From contig CAXXMB010000001.1 in the NCBI GenBank assembly GCA_963668675.2, positions 1 through 64,000 on the forward strand: a DNA stretch of 64,000 nt, given 5' to 3'. A model generated the notes under the pieces. It was given only the letters and a program-made list of their open reading frames with translations. It did not search any database and was not told the DNA's origin. The position numbers were made by a program, and so were the translations under genes. Source of the DNA: an uncultured Desulfatitalea sp. GTDB lineage: Bacteria > Desulfobacterota > Desulfobacteria > Desulfobacterales > Desulfosarcinaceae. This document shows positions 9,139 to 19,780 of the stretch, piece after piece. Position 1 is the first letter of the stretch; every line of letters starts with the position of its first letter.

Positions 9139-11457
9139 ATGGCAGGTCACTTTTCCTATACTTCAAAACTTCCTACAATCAGCGATTTCGATCTTGAAGC
9201 TTACATCGTCGGCTTCTCTCTGGATCGTCTCGTTCCGGGTGTGGACAACATTCGGCACGATGTGCTCATCAGTCCCACTTTTGTTACCGCCACACGCAAG
9301 ATCGTGACGCAGCTCGTCAAGCGCCACGCCGGAATTGAAAAGCGCAAACCCAACCGCCAGAACATCAGTTGGGCCAAGGAGGTCGAGAGCTACAAGCAGC
9401 TATATAAAGAGATCATGCGCGATGCGCTGAACAAGGCCAAGGGGCTTCGCGAGCCCCAGGTCGAGTGCCTGGCCCAGGCCGCCATGGTTAAACTGCTGCT
9501 CGGTGAGATTCGCTCCCAGTACGATCATCTGGTTGGAAGCCTCAAAAAGACCGCCCGCAAATCAGACCTCGCACTCCACAATGATTCGGATGAGGCTCCC
9601 AAACTGAAAAACAAATTGCAGCTCATCCTTCAGGGTCGGGAAGCCTTGCTGCAGCGGGTGGGAGAGGAGATTTGCGGATTCTGGATCGAGATGGAGCGCA
9701 AGGAAATTCAGCAGATGCGGGAGGCCATCTTTGGAAACCGCAGCACCTTTTTCGTCGATCTTCTTGGCACCGCGATGCTCCACCTGGAAAACCCGGAGAG
9801 TGAACTTTTTGTTTTGTTGGCTTACGATGTGGCGTTGGGACGCCGCATTGAAGATCCGGATCGGTACGACCGTCTGCTCTATTTCATCCGCAGGTTGATC
9901 GGCACCATCGATGCGGCCGATGCCAACGGCAATCGCCTCCCCGTCGATAAGCGGGCCACGCCGGATATGGATGGGCCCGAACCCGATGAAGAGGAGCAAA
10001 AGGCCTATGCCAGAAAGATCGAAGCCATACTGCTTCGTTTTGAGAACATGGACAGGCTTTTCAACTGGCAGCGCACCAAGGCCGAACTGCAACAGCTCAG
10101 AAAAAAGAGGGCGGACGCCAAAGAGATCTCCCGCCTCAAACGCCGGGTCAAGAACCAAAAGTTACTGCTGAACTCTTTCTACAAGCACTTTGTAAAAAAG
10201 GGTTTGATCGGCCGAATTTCCGCCGCTTACGAGATGCAACCGGAGTATCTGGAGTACTGTCCCCCGCTCAATCCCCAGCAGATCATGCAATACCTGGCGC
10301 TGCCAAAAGCACGGCGGGCCGTCAAGCATCGATTGAAGCGCCTCTCCACAGTCTATGGCCGCCCTTTCAGCCTGTCGCCGCTCAACAAGAAGATCAAATC
10401 CATGGAGCAGATCACCACCGCAAAACGCAAAGCGTATTTGATACGCTTCCTCAATGCGTTTGCCCACTATCATCGGGATGTCAGCAATTGCGACATCATC
10501 AAAGAGGGCATCCAGAGAGTTCAGATCGCAACCGAGGAGAAGATCGTCACCCTCTCGCGGGAAAACAATACACTGTATGAGTTTCTGCTTCCCAACGAAC
10601 AGGAGTCATCCCAGAAACCGATCATCAACCATGTCGTGATCAAGGCGGATGTGAGGGGGTCGACGGATCTGACCCATCGGATGATCGAGAGAGGATTGAA
10701 TCCGGCCTCTTACTTCAGCCTCAATTTTTTCGATCCCATTTCTGAGATTCTCAACGAATACGATGCGGCCAAGGTGTTTATCGAAGGCGATGCCGTTATT
10801 CTCTCGATCTTCGAGCGGGCGGATACGCCCAGCGACTGGTACGGCGTTGCCAGGGCGTGCGGACTGGCCATCAACATGCTGATCATTATCCAGCGGTACA
10901 ACGAAAAGAGCCGCAAGCATGAGTTGCCTGTGCTGGAGTTGGGGGTGGGCATCAGCTATCTGGAGAAAGCACCCACCTTCCTCTTCGATGGGAACAACCG
11001 GATTATGATCTCATCGGCCATCAACCACGCCGATCGCCTCTCCAGCTGTTCGAAGACGATGCGCAGTGCGCTGGCCAAAAAGAAGGGCCCTTTCCGACTC
11101 TATGTCTTTCAGAGCCGGTCTGACGAGGAGATCGCCGCCACGGCGGACGATCTCTCCATACGATACAATGTCAATGGGATAGAGTTGAACGCCCAGGGAT
11201 TCGAGAAGCTCTCCAAAGAGATCGATCTCAAGATGTTACCCGGCAACTTCAATAACAGCAAGGATCAGACATACACGCTCTACCTCGGCAAGTTCCCCAC
11301 CAAAAGCGGGCGGTATCAGCGCCTGATCATCCGTGAAGCCCAAATACCGGTGGTCGAGCCCACCTCGCTGAAACCGATCCGTTTCACCTCTCGCAAGTAT
11401 TACGAAGTGTGCACCAACCCCAGTCTCTACAAATGGGTGCGCAAGGCGGAATCATGA
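9139..11457 (+). CDS. Large soluble protein with C-terminal class III nucleotide cyclase-like domain
   Basis: KADVRGST, FIEGDAV, LGVGIS and AINHADRL motifs in the C-terminal third; N-terminal region of about 490 aa not recognised. Confidence 0.65.
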   Translation: MAGHFSYTSKLPTISDFDLEAYIVGFSLDRLVPGVDNIRHDVLISPTFVTATRKIVTQLVKRHAGIEKRKPNRQNISWAKEVESYKQLYKEIMRDALNKAKGLREPQVECLAQAAMVKLLLGEIRSQYDHLVGSLKKTARKSDLALHNDSDEAPKLKNKLQLILQGREALLQRVGEEICGFWIEMERKEIQQMREAIFGNRSTFFVDLLGTAMLHLENPESELFVLLAYDVALGRRIEDPDRYDRLLYFIRRLIGTIDAADANGNRLPVDKRATPDMDGPEPDEEEQKAYARKIEAILLRFENMDRLFNWQRTKAELQQLRKKRADAKEISRLKRRVKNQKLLLNSFYKHFVKKGLIGRISAAYEMQPEYLEYCPPLNPQQIMQYLALPKARRAVKHRLKRLSTVYGRPFSLSPLNKKIKSMEQITTAKRKAYLIRFLNAFAHYHRDVSNCDIIKEGIQRVQIATEEKIVTLSRENNTLYEFLLPNEQESSQKPIINHVVIKADVRGSTDLTHRMIERGLNPASYFSLNFFDPISEILNEYDAAKVFIEGDAVILSIFERADTPSDWYGVARACGLAINMLIIIQRYNEKSRKHELPVLELGVGISYLEKAPTFLFDGNNRIMISSAINHADRLSSCSKTMRSALAKKKGPFRLYVFQSRSDEEIAATADDLSIRYNVNGIELNAQGFEKLSKEIDLKMLPGNFNNSKDQTYTLYLGKFPTKSGRYQRLIIREAQIPVVEPTSLKPIRFTSRKYYEVCTNPSLYKWVRKAES

Positions 11458-11553
11458 TCTGATCCTTTGGATATCTTCTGGATGCCCCTGGATCAGCTCA
11501 AGGACAGGCTTATCAAGTTCGCCATGACGTATGAACGGCTTTTGACGCGTTCA

Positions 11554-12009
11554 TCATTTCTTGTCCCTGTAGGGGTTGACCACCAGGACCGGTATCCGAA
11601 CCGTCTTGATTACCCGTTCGGCCACGCTGCCGAACAGAACGCGGTCCAGCCCCTTGCGGCCGTGGGTCCCCATGACGATCATGTCGATATTGTTCTGCTC
11701 GACATAGTCGATAATGGCATCCGAGGGATCGCCCAGGATCACCTCGCCACGGGTTTGGGGCAGGGCTGTGAAGTGGCTCGCCAGAAATTCATCCATCTTC
11801 TTGCGAGCGCCCTCGACCAACTCGTTTTCAAAAATGGAGATTGAGGGCGGTGCGACATAGATGTCTGTGAAATATTGGAAGATTCTCACGATAAAGACGA
11901 TGTGCACCGTGGCGTTGAATTTTTCCGCCATGGTCAGCACAGTGGGCACGAGCCGCTCTGAGCTTTCGGTGAGGTCGACGGGGAAGAGGATGTGCTCAAC
12001 GGTTTCCAT
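11554..12009 (-). CDS. Universal stress protein
   Basis: ILFPVDL start; IVMGTHGRKG...FGSVAERV motif. Confidence 0.92.
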   Translation of the reverse strand: METVEHILFPVDLTESSERLVPTVLTMAEKFNATVHIVFIVRIFQYFTDIYVAPPSISIFENELVEGARKKMDEFLASHFTALPQTRGEVILGDPSDAIIDYVEQNNIDMIVMGTHGRKGLDRVLFGSVAERVIKTVRIPVLVVNPYRDKK

Positions 12010-12352
12010 CTTTTCCTCCTTTCTGAAATCGTCTTCGCCAAAGGGTCGGTGCGGGCTCGATTGCTGATCGATGGCATGGAGATGAGTAAGGCGTCAGCTG
12101 CCCGGAGATCGTTGGCGAAGTGACGGTTTGTTCGCGGTACGATACCGTTTGCTCTTTCGGATGAGACGCATTTTCATTATAGTACGAATCGCCCATATTG
12201 AAAGTGAAAAATGGCGATTAGACCGTTTCACCTTATATCAATTCGCGCCTTTTTTTAGCATCCAAAATCTGGTAATTGCCTTGGGGCGGCCTTGGTCGCC
12301 AAATTCAGGGCTGCCTGAGAAGCAGGTCGCCCATTGCGGAGGTTCTCAATCC

Positions 12353-13222
12353 ATGCATTACGAAGGAAATATCATTCGCCCGCCTAGCGAGGCCAACTCC
12401 ATCCTGCTGCAGGTGACGGTGGGGTGCTCCCACAACAAGTGCACCTTTTGCGGCACCTACCGGGGCGAGCGATTTAAAATCAAACCCGAAGCCATTATCA
12501 TGGAGGACATCGATTTCGCGGCCCAATACTGCCAGCGCCAGCGCCGTCTCTTTCTCTGTGACGGCGATGCCCTGATCATCCCCCAGAAGCGGCTGCTCCA
12601 TATTCTAAAGACCATTCGCCAAAAGCTTCCCTGGGTGACCCGCATCGGCTCCTACGCCAACACCAAAAGCATTGGTATGAAGAGCGACGAGGAGCTCCAA
12701 GAGCTGCACGCCAACGGACTGGGCATCCTCTATATGGGGCTCGAGAGTGGAGACGATGAGACGTTGAAGGCGATAGAGAAGCGGGCCACCTCGGAAAAGA
12801 TGATCACCATGGGGCGCAGGGCGAGGGCCGCCGGTTTCAAACTTTCGATTACCGTCATTCTGGGCATTGCCGGACGCGAAAGATCCCAGGCCCATGCCGA
12901 GGCCACCGGTCGTGTGTTGTCCGCCATCGATCCCGATTACGTGGGGGCCTTGAGTCTTATGCTGGTACCCAACACGCCACTGTACCAGGATTACCGTGAA
13001 GGCCGCTTCCCGCTGCTCGAACCCGACGAGATGCTCAAAGAGCTGCGCACCATCTTTGCCAACACCCATCTCTCCAAGGGGTTGTTCCACGCCAACCACG
13101 CTTCGAACTATTTGCCGATCCGTGCGAGATTGCCCAGGGATCGCGAGGCGGTGTTGGATCTGATCGACAAAGCGCTGGTGGGGCAGGTGCCGTTGAAACC
13201 GGAGTGGATGAGAGGGCTGTAG
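12353..13222 (+). CDS. Radical SAM protein, function unknown
   Basis: MHYEGNIIRPPSEA start after GGAGG RBS; CSHNKCTFC cluster motif; GLESG; NHASNY. Confidence 0.85.
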   Translation: MHYEGNIIRPPSEANSILLQVTVGCSHNKCTFCGTYRGERFKIKPEAIIMEDIDFAAQYCQRQRRLFLCDGDALIIPQKRLLHILKTIRQKLPWVTRIGSYANTKSIGMKSDEELQELHANGLGILYMGLESGDDETLKAIEKRATSEKMITMGRRARAAGFKLSITVILGIAGRERSQAHAEATGRVLSAIDPDYVGALSLMLVPNTPLYQDYREGRFPLLEPDEMLKELRTIFANTHLSKGLFHANHASNYLPIRARLPRDREAVLDLIDKALVGQVPLKPEWMRGL

Positions 13223-13454
13223 CCCGGTGGCGCCGGATACGGGTTGCATCTGTCGCCAAACCATTGTAACACGGCCTTGCCGTTTGCCCGGAAGGGGGTG
13301 CAAACGCTCGCGTGACGCTCACCGCCAGGCCGGTGCAAGGCACCGTGTACCAGGCTGTTTCGGCCTGGGTCATACCTGAATGCAGGATGCCGAAACCGTT
13401 CTAATATGAATGGAGGTCCCGGACAGCTGCGAGACCTCAAAGGAGAGAGAGACG

Positions 13455-15476
13455 ATGGATAGCCGGAATACTGAACAGGACGCTGCTTTAGAGCAATGCT
13501 GTGTAAACACCATTCGAACCTTGTCCATGGACGCCATCCAGAAGGCCAACTCCGGCCACCCCGGCGCTCCCATGGGGCTGGCGGCGGCCGGCTACGTGCT
13601 TTGGACCAAGGTGATGAACCACAATCCGAAGAATCCGGATTGGCCCAACCGGGATCGTTTCGTCCTTTCCGGCGGACACGCCTCCATGCTGCTCTATAGC
13701 CTGCTCTATCTCACCGGCTACGATCTGACGCTCGACGATATCCAGAATTTCCGTCAGTGGGGGAGCAAGACCCCCGGCCATCCGGAGTATGGCCACACAC
13801 CGGGGGTCGAGACCACCACGGGCCCGTTGGGTCAGGGGGTGGCCAATGCAGTGGGCATGGCCATGGCCGAACGCCATCTGGCGGCCCGTTTCAACCAGAC
13901 GGGAAACGACATCGTGGACCACTGCACCTATGCGATCTGCGGAGATGGGGATCTGATGGAAGGGATCGCCTCGGAGGCGGCCTCCCTGGCCGGGCACCTG
14001 GGTCTGGGCCGCCTGATCTGCATCTACGATGACAACGACATCTCCATCGAGGGGAGCACCGAGATCGCCTTTACGGAGGATGTGGGCAAACGTTTCGAGG
14101 CTTACAACTGGCAGGTGTTGACGATCGAAGACGGCAATGATCTCGCGGCCATCGAAGCCGCCCTCAGCAACGCCAAAGCCGAAACGGCGCGCCCCACCCT
14201 GATCATCCTGAAGACCCACATCGCATACGGAAGCCCCAACAAGCAGGACTCGGCCGACGCCCACGGCGCGCCCCTGGGCGAGGAGGAGGTCTGCCTGGCC
14301 AAAGAGGGCCTCGGATGCGATAAAGATCAGCTCTTCTGCGTGCCCGAAGATGTCCTCGCGCACTACCGCTTGACCGCCGGCCGGGGCCAGGAGCTGGAGG
14401 CGCAGTGGCAGGCGCGCTACGATACCTATAAGCGCGACTATCCCCAACTGGCCGACGAGTGGGTCAACGCCATCACCGGTTTTCTGCCCCGCGATTGGGA
14501 TAAGGATCTGTTGGCGTTCGCACCGGAAGATGGACCGATCGCCACAAGGGCTGCCTCGGGCAAGGCGCTCAATGCGTTGGCCCAGCGCATCCCGACCTTG
14601 ATGGGCGGTTCGGCGGACCTGGCCCCCTCGAACAAAACCTTTCTCGACGGGATGCCGGTCTTCCAGAAAACCTCATACGAGGGCCGCAACATTCGCTTCG
14701 GCGTGCGCGAACATGCCATGGGCGCCGTGATGTCCGGACTTTTTCTGCACGGCGGCATCCGACCCTACGGCGGCACCTTCATGGTGTTTGCCGATTATGT
14801 GCGTCCGGCGCTTCGCGTGGCCGCCCTGATGAAGCTGCCCCTGATCTACGTCATGACCCATGACTCGGTGGCCGTGGGCGAAGATGGTCCCACGCATCAG
14901 CCGGTCGAACAGATCGCATCTCTGCGCGCCATGCCCAATGTCATGGTCCTGCGCCCCTGCGACGCCAACGAGACCGTGGACGCATGGATCCAGGCCATCA
15001 ACACCAACAGCACCCCTGTCGTACTGGCCCTGAGCCGCCAGAAGTTGCCGGTGCTCGATCGGCAGCAGACCGGCGGGCGGCTCGTCCGTGGCGGCTATGT
15101 CCTATCGGATTGCAGCGGAACCCCCGACATCCTGCTGATCGCCACTGGCGCCGAGGTCCACCAGGCACTGGATGCCCAGAAAATGCTCGCGGAGAAGAAG
15201 ATCACCGCCCGGGTGGTGAACATGCCCAGTTGGGAGCTGTTCGAGAAGAATGACGACGACTACAAGCAGCAGGTGCTGCCGCCGGAAGTGAGTGCGCGGC
15301 TGGCCGTCGAGGCCGGCGTCCCCATGGGGTGGGAGCGCTATGTGGGCAACGCCGGAAAGGTGATCGGCATGAACAGCTTCGGCGCTTCAGCACCGGGAGG
15401 AACGGTGCTGAAGAATTTCGGGTTCACCGCTGAAAACGTTGCCGCCCAGGCCGAATCACTGGTGAAAAAGCGGTAG
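13455..15476 (+). CDS. tkt: Transketolase
   Basis: [43 protein letters not shown]. Confidence 0.97.
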   Translation: MDSRNTEQDAALEQCCVNTIRTLSMDAIQKANSGHPGAPMGLAAAGYVLWTKVMNHNPKNPDWPNRDRFVLSGGHASMLLYSLLYLTGYDLTLDDIQNFRQWGSKTPGHPEYGHTPGVETTTGPLGQGVANAVGMAMAERHLAARFNQTGNDIVDHCTYAICGDGDLMEGIASEAASLAGHLGLGRLICIYDDNDISIEGSTEIAFTEDVGKRFEAYNWQVLTIEDGNDLAAIEAALSNAKAETARPTLIILKTHIAYGSPNKQDSADAHGAPLGEEEVCLAKEGLGCDKDQLFCVPEDVLAHYRLTAGRGQELEAQWQARYDTYKRDYPQLADEWVNAITGFLPRDWDKDLLAFAPEDGPIATRAASGKALNALAQRIPTLMGGSADLAPSNKTFLDGMPVFQKTSYEGRNIRFGVREHAMGAVMSGLFLHGGIRPYGGTFMVFADYVRPALRVAALMKLPLIYVMTHDSVAVGEDGPTHQPVEQIASLRAMPNVMVLRPCDANETVDAWIQAINTNSTPVVLALSRQKLPVLDRQQTGGRLVRGGYVLSDCSGTPDILLIATGAEVHQALDAQKMLAEKKITARVVNMPSWELFEKNDDDYKQQVLPPEVSARLAVEAGVPMGWERYVGNAGKVIGMNSFGASAPGGTVLKNFGFTAENVAAQAESLVKKR

Positions 15477-15582
15477 TATCCCGAGAGGGCCATATTCAAT
15501 CGAAACCGAACGCTTTGCGCATCGTAATTGCTTGAGATAAAGGTCGTATGTCGGCTTACCGGCGCTATTGCGGTCATGGATA

Positions 15583-15624
15583 TTTTGGTTTGGCCATACC
15601 TTGTTCAGTATGGCCAAACCAAAA
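15583..15624. terminator. Perfect 17-bp inverted repeat (possible bidirectional terminator or operator)
   Basis: TTTTGGTTTGGCCATAC-N8-GTATGGCCAAACCAAAA. Confidence 0.55.
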
Positions 15625-15954
15625 AACGACCTCCCTTCACAATAGACGTTGACATTCCTCAACAATGTCCATATACGGACATAAGCTTCCTCGAATCCAA
15701 AACACCATCGCTCGATGGTGTAAAAAAGTTTGATATCGTTTTATAGCGTCACGAATATGGCTGACTAGGCCAAGGGCCTTGTCGAAGCGAAATCGTCCCA
15801 TTCGTCCCATCCCCTTAATCTGACACGTTCGCATGTCGAGCCATCTCCGGCCGGCTTTCGGTTGCGCCCTGAGATGCTGCGCAAAGTGGTTTGCTGCTGG
15901 TAACTTCCTGATCCCTGGTCAGGTGCCACCTTCTTGAATAGAGGAGTGAAGACG

Positions 15955-18900
15955 ATGAAGCAAATGAGGCAAAACCTTAAGTGGTTGGCGATCCTGACGA
16001 TGCTCTGGGTTCCGCTTATTTTGAGCTGCGGCCCCCCCCAAGACGAAAAGAATCTCAAGGTCGTGACCAGCGCCGGAAAAATCAAGGGCAAAGAGAACGA
16101 CCATGCACGCCTCTTTCTCGGCGTGCCGTTTGCCGCACCACCGGTCGACGAACTGCGCTGGAAAGCGCCCCAGGACCCCGAGCCCTGGAAAGGGGTTTTG
16201 AAAACCCAGGAGAGCCAGAACGTGTGTGTTCAAGGAGAGATGAGCACGACCTGGCACGCCTCGGGAGAATACATCGGAGACGAAGATTGTCTATACCTGG
16301 ATGTCTATCGCCCCAAGACCGATGAAGAGGACCTGCCGGTATACGTCTACTTTCATGGCGGTGCGAACCGGTTCGGCGGGGCCGCCTCCTATGACGGTTC
16401 CTTTCTGGCCGAGGATCAGAACATCATCGTGGTGATTCCCCAGTATCGTCTCGGACCCTTGGGATGGCTTTCACACCCGGCCCTGCAGACGGGAGAAGCC
16501 GGTGATGAAGCCAACGACTCGGGTAATTTCGGGGCGCTGGACAACATCAAGGCCCTGGAGTGGGTCCAGACCAATATCGCCAATTTCGGCGGCGATCCGG
16601 CCAACGTCACCGTCGGCGGGCAGTCCGCGGGAGGCTCCAACGTGGGCAAGCTGTTAATCTCGCCGTTGGCGGCCGGGCTGTTCAAGGGGGCTGTAATACA
16701 GAGTCTTGGCGGCAGTATTTTTACACCGGAAGAGGGCGAGGCCATGGCCGATGACATGCTAAGCAAGTTGGCCGGTTTCGATCAAATCGATACTGGCGAC
16801 AACGCGGCTGTGGAGGCCTTCCTGCGCGGCAAAGACGCCGTTGAACTGGTTGCCGCTCACGGAACGGCCTATGGAGGCTTTTCTGACGGCAATGTGCTGC
16901 CCGGAGGCTATGTCGATGCGATATTCAGTAACAATTACAACGCCGTGCCGGTACTACTCGGCAGTACCGAGTATGAGTGGAAAGATTTCATGCCGCTATA
17001 TGCCCCATATCCCCCTTCTTACGGCGGGTATAGCAGACCCCTATGGGCGCACGTCTACGACCTGTTCGATCCGGATTTCGATCCCGATTATGAGTGGACC
17101 TATGAAGAAATTTTTCCCGATCAGGCCGATATCGATCTATACGAGGCCATTGGGAAATATAGGAGTTTAGGTTGGAAGTACAAAGCTGTGGATGAACTGG
17201 CCGCGTTGCTGCAGAATCGTCAGGACAATGTCTACGCCTTCTTCTTTAAGTGGGGGGGCGCCGAGTCGGCCTCGGCAGAGTTCGCCCATGTGTTCGGCGC
17301 TGCCCATGCCATGGATATTCCCTTCTTCTTCGGATACGACCATGACCTGTTCGGGTATGCGCTCACCGACGGGAACCGACCGGGTTTCGAAGCGCTTCAG
17401 GATGTAATGATGACATACCTGGGTAACTTTGTCCGCACCGGCAACCCCGGTGAGGCGGGCGGCGTCCAGTGGGAGGAGTGGTCCAATGATCTGGCAGAGG
17501 ATGCCCCCAAATGCATGATTTTGGATGCCGATCTCACCAGCGCCCAGATCGGCATGGATACCGAGAAGGTCACCCTGGAAGGCCTGCAGACAGACGCCGA
17601 AGCAGAAGTGGAGGGTTGGGAAGCGGCAGATGCGGATCTGGTCTTGTCCATGCTGGCCCCCTATCAGGTAGAGTACTACGTGAACGACGAGGGGCATGAG
17701 TTTTACGTGAACGGCGAGGGGCACGAGTTGGACTTTGCCAAACTTCAATTCAGTGCCTTACCAGGTGCAACAGCCTATTTAGGGGTGCATAAAGGGGCCG
17801 GGTTTCAGATCGAAGTACCGGAAAATTGGCAGGCGGACACAAGTGATCTGGTCATGTATGCTCATGGCTACCGTGGCGATACGACCGAACTCACAGTAAC
17901 TCAACCTGGCCGGTTGAGAAATTACCTTATCGCCCAGGAATTTGCCTGGGCCGCTTCCAGCTATACAAGAAACGGGTATGATATTGTTTCCGGTGTCCAA
18001 AGCACGGCTGACCTGCTGGACTACTTCAAGGCCAGACATGGCGAACCGCGCCATGTCTATATTGTCGGGCACTCCATGGGCGGCCATATTTCAGCACGAA
18101 CCATTACCGATGATAATTATAAAGATGACTATACCGCGGCCATGCCCATGTGCGGAGTGGTGGGCGGTGGCGTGGAGCTGTTCAGTTATTTCCTCGATTG
18201 GGGGCTGCTGGCCAACTACTATACTGGTCTGGACTACGGAGTACCCTTTAGCTTTGAAGCCCTATCCGCTTTCCAAGACGCAGTGGTAGGACCGGAAGGC
18301 GATGGCAGCGGTGTGCTAGGATATATTCCGCCCCTGGGGTACTTCGCGGCCGCAGGCGTCATGCCGAATCTGAACGAAGATGGCGAAGCATTTAAGAATG
18401 CCACCATGTATCGTTCCGGTGGAAAGCGACCCCTGTATGACACAGCCTTCGCGCGCTGGGCCACCTTCAACGTCAATGGCCAGGCCTTAAGCTGGCTTTT
18501 GGACCCCACAGCAGAATTGGGCACCAATGTGGTTGGCAACAGCATTTATGCGTATCAGCTCGATGACGATTACGCTACAGTCAGCGAAGAAGAAGCGGCG
18601 CTTAATGACGGGATTGTTCGGGTAGCCGATCCGGTTCATGACTTTGAAGAGAGCATGTATGCCGTCACCGGTGATATCGATATTCCGGTGCTGACCCTGC
18701 ACACCATTGGCGACCTGTTTGTTCCCTTTTCCATGGAGCAGTTGTGGGCCCAACGCATCGCTGACGCCGGCAATGCCGATCTTTTCAGGGCGCGTGCCAT
18801 TCGTTCGGGTAATCACTGCTCGTTCACAGTGGAAGAAGAAGTCACCGCCTTTGCGGAATTGGTGGCTTGGGTCGAACATGGTTTGCTGCCTGCTGGGGAT

Positions 18901-19038
18901 GATATCTTGAATCCGGATGTGGTGGATGACGCCAATTTTGGCTGCCAATTTACCAAAATCCCTAATCCCGACTATTTCGACGACCCCACTCGTTATCTCG
19001 ACGATCCTTATTTTGAGGCGATTTGCCTCGGACCGTAA
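15955..19038 (+). CDS. Lipoprotein with a type-B carboxylesterase domain fused to a second alpha/beta hydrolase
   Basis: Lipobox ILSC; FLGVPFAAPP, EDCLYL, HGG, GQSAG, GSTEYE, GAAHAMD; second domain GHSMG, GDLFVP, GNHCSF. Confidence 0.85.
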   Translation: MKQMRQNLKWLAILTMLWVPLILSCGPPQDEKNLKVVTSAGKIKGKENDHARLFLGVPFAAPPVDELRWKAPQDPEPWKGVLKTQESQNVCVQGEMSTTWHASGEYIGDEDCLYLDVYRPKTDEEDLPVYVYFHGGANRFGGAASYDGSFLAEDQNIIVVIPQYRLGPLGWLSHPALQTGEAGDEANDSGNFGALDNIKALEWVQTNIANFGGDPANVTVGGQSAGGSNVGKLLISPLAAGLFKGAVIQSLGGSIFTPEEGEAMADDMLSKLAGFDQIDTGDNAAVEAFLRGKDAVELVAAHGTAYGGFSDGNVLPGGYVDAIFSNNYNAVPVLLGSTEYEWKDFMPLYAPYPPSYGGYSRPLWAHVYDLFDPDFDPDYEWTYEEIFPDQADIDLYEAIGKYRSLGWKYKAVDELAALLQNRQDNVYAFFFKWGGAESASAEFAHVFGAAHAMDIPFFFGYDHDLFGYALTDGNRPGFEALQDVMMTYLGNFVRTGNPGEAGGVQWEEWSNDLAEDAPKCMILDADLTSAQIGMDTEKVTLEGLQTDAEAEVEGWEAADADLVLSMLAPYQVEYYVNDEGHEFYVNGEGHELDFAKLQFSALPGATAYLGVHKGAGFQIEVPENWQADTSDLVMYAHGYRGDTTELTVTQPGRLRNYLIAQEFAWAASSYTRNGYDIVSGVQSTADLLDYFKARHGEPRHVYIVGHSMGGHISARTITDDNYKDDYTAAMPMCGVVGGGVELFSYFLDWGLLANYYTGLDYGVPFSFEALSAFQDAVVGPEGDGSGVLGYIPPLGYFAAAGVMPNLNEDGEAFKNATMYRSGGKRPLYDTAFARWATFNVNGQALSWLLDPTAELGTNVVGNSIYAYQLDDDYATVSEEEAALNDGIVRVADPVHDFEESMYAVTGDIDIPVLTLHTIGDLFVPFSMEQLWAQRIADAGNADLFRARAIRSGNHCSFTVEEEVTAFAELVAWVEHGLLPAGDDILNPDVVDDANFGCQFTKIPNPDYFDDPTRYLDDPYFEAICLGP

Positions 19039-19065
19039 TCAGCATTCATGAAAAATAGACAGGCG

Positions 19066-19105
19066 CAAACGGGCAGGTGTTAAGCCTGCCCGTTTGTCTT
19101 TTTTT
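19066..19105 (+). terminator. Rho-independent terminator
   Basis: CAAACGGGCAGG / CCTGCCCGTTTG stem followed by a T run, between convergent genes. Confidence 0.8.
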
Positions 19106-19119
19106 ACTTCAGTTTCGGT

Positions 19120-19722
19120 CTAACCACCTAAGCTCAAAATCGTTTTGCTCGTATACTCCCCCACATCGGCCAGCGCATCGGTGGGCAGAAAAAGATGGGC
19201 GTTGCTGCTGTAGAGGCAGGTGACGCCTGCGGAAAACTCTTCGTCCGGAAGATAGCAGACATAGCAGAGAGCGATTTTCGGGAGAGGACGCACCACGAAG
19301 GCGATGTCGCCGCTTACTGCCGAGGGGGCATCGCTGCCGTCCAGGCAGGCGTATATCTCTTCGCGGACATCGCCCAGCCGTTCGACCAGTGGGACGAGGG
19401 CCTGTTCGGTGCGATTGGCGAATGCGCCCACGTAGGGCGTACTGTTGGGCACCTCTTTAAAGGATTGGAACGGTTCGACGATGGCGGCATCGTCGACGGC
19501 ATGCAGGGCGTAGAGTGAGATGATGATGCCCCGCGGTCCCTCTTCGGGCGTCCCGTCCAGCGTAAGACCACCCGGGGTCAGGCGACAGTCGCTGCCAAAG
19601 GCCTTGAGGCGAAGTGATTCACCATGGCGGTCGGCGCCCATGGCGCCGGCACGTTGGTCCAAATCCAGTGAGAAAAGCTTGCTCAGGTTGTCGTTGATAA
19701 TGGCGCCGTAAGCACTGGTCAT
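19120..19722 (-). CDS. DUF3786-like protein
   Basis: F..RPLPKI...Y.PDEEFSA..TCL motif and size of about 200 aa. Confidence 0.7.
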   Translation of the reverse strand: MTSAYGAIINDNLSKLFSLDLDQRAGAMGADRHGESLRLKAFGSDCRLTPGGLTLDGTPEEGPRGIIISLYALHAVDDAAIVEPFQSFKEVPNSTPYVGAFANRTEQALVPLVERLGDVREEIYACLDGSDAPSAVSGDIAFVVRPLPKIALCYVCYLPDEEFSAGVTCLYSSNAHLFLPTDALADVGEYTSKTILSLGG

Positions 19723-19780
19723 GGTCGATCCTTTATTCTTCTTTTTTTCGGCGGCAGTCGCTCGTTTCCTTCTATTCTGG

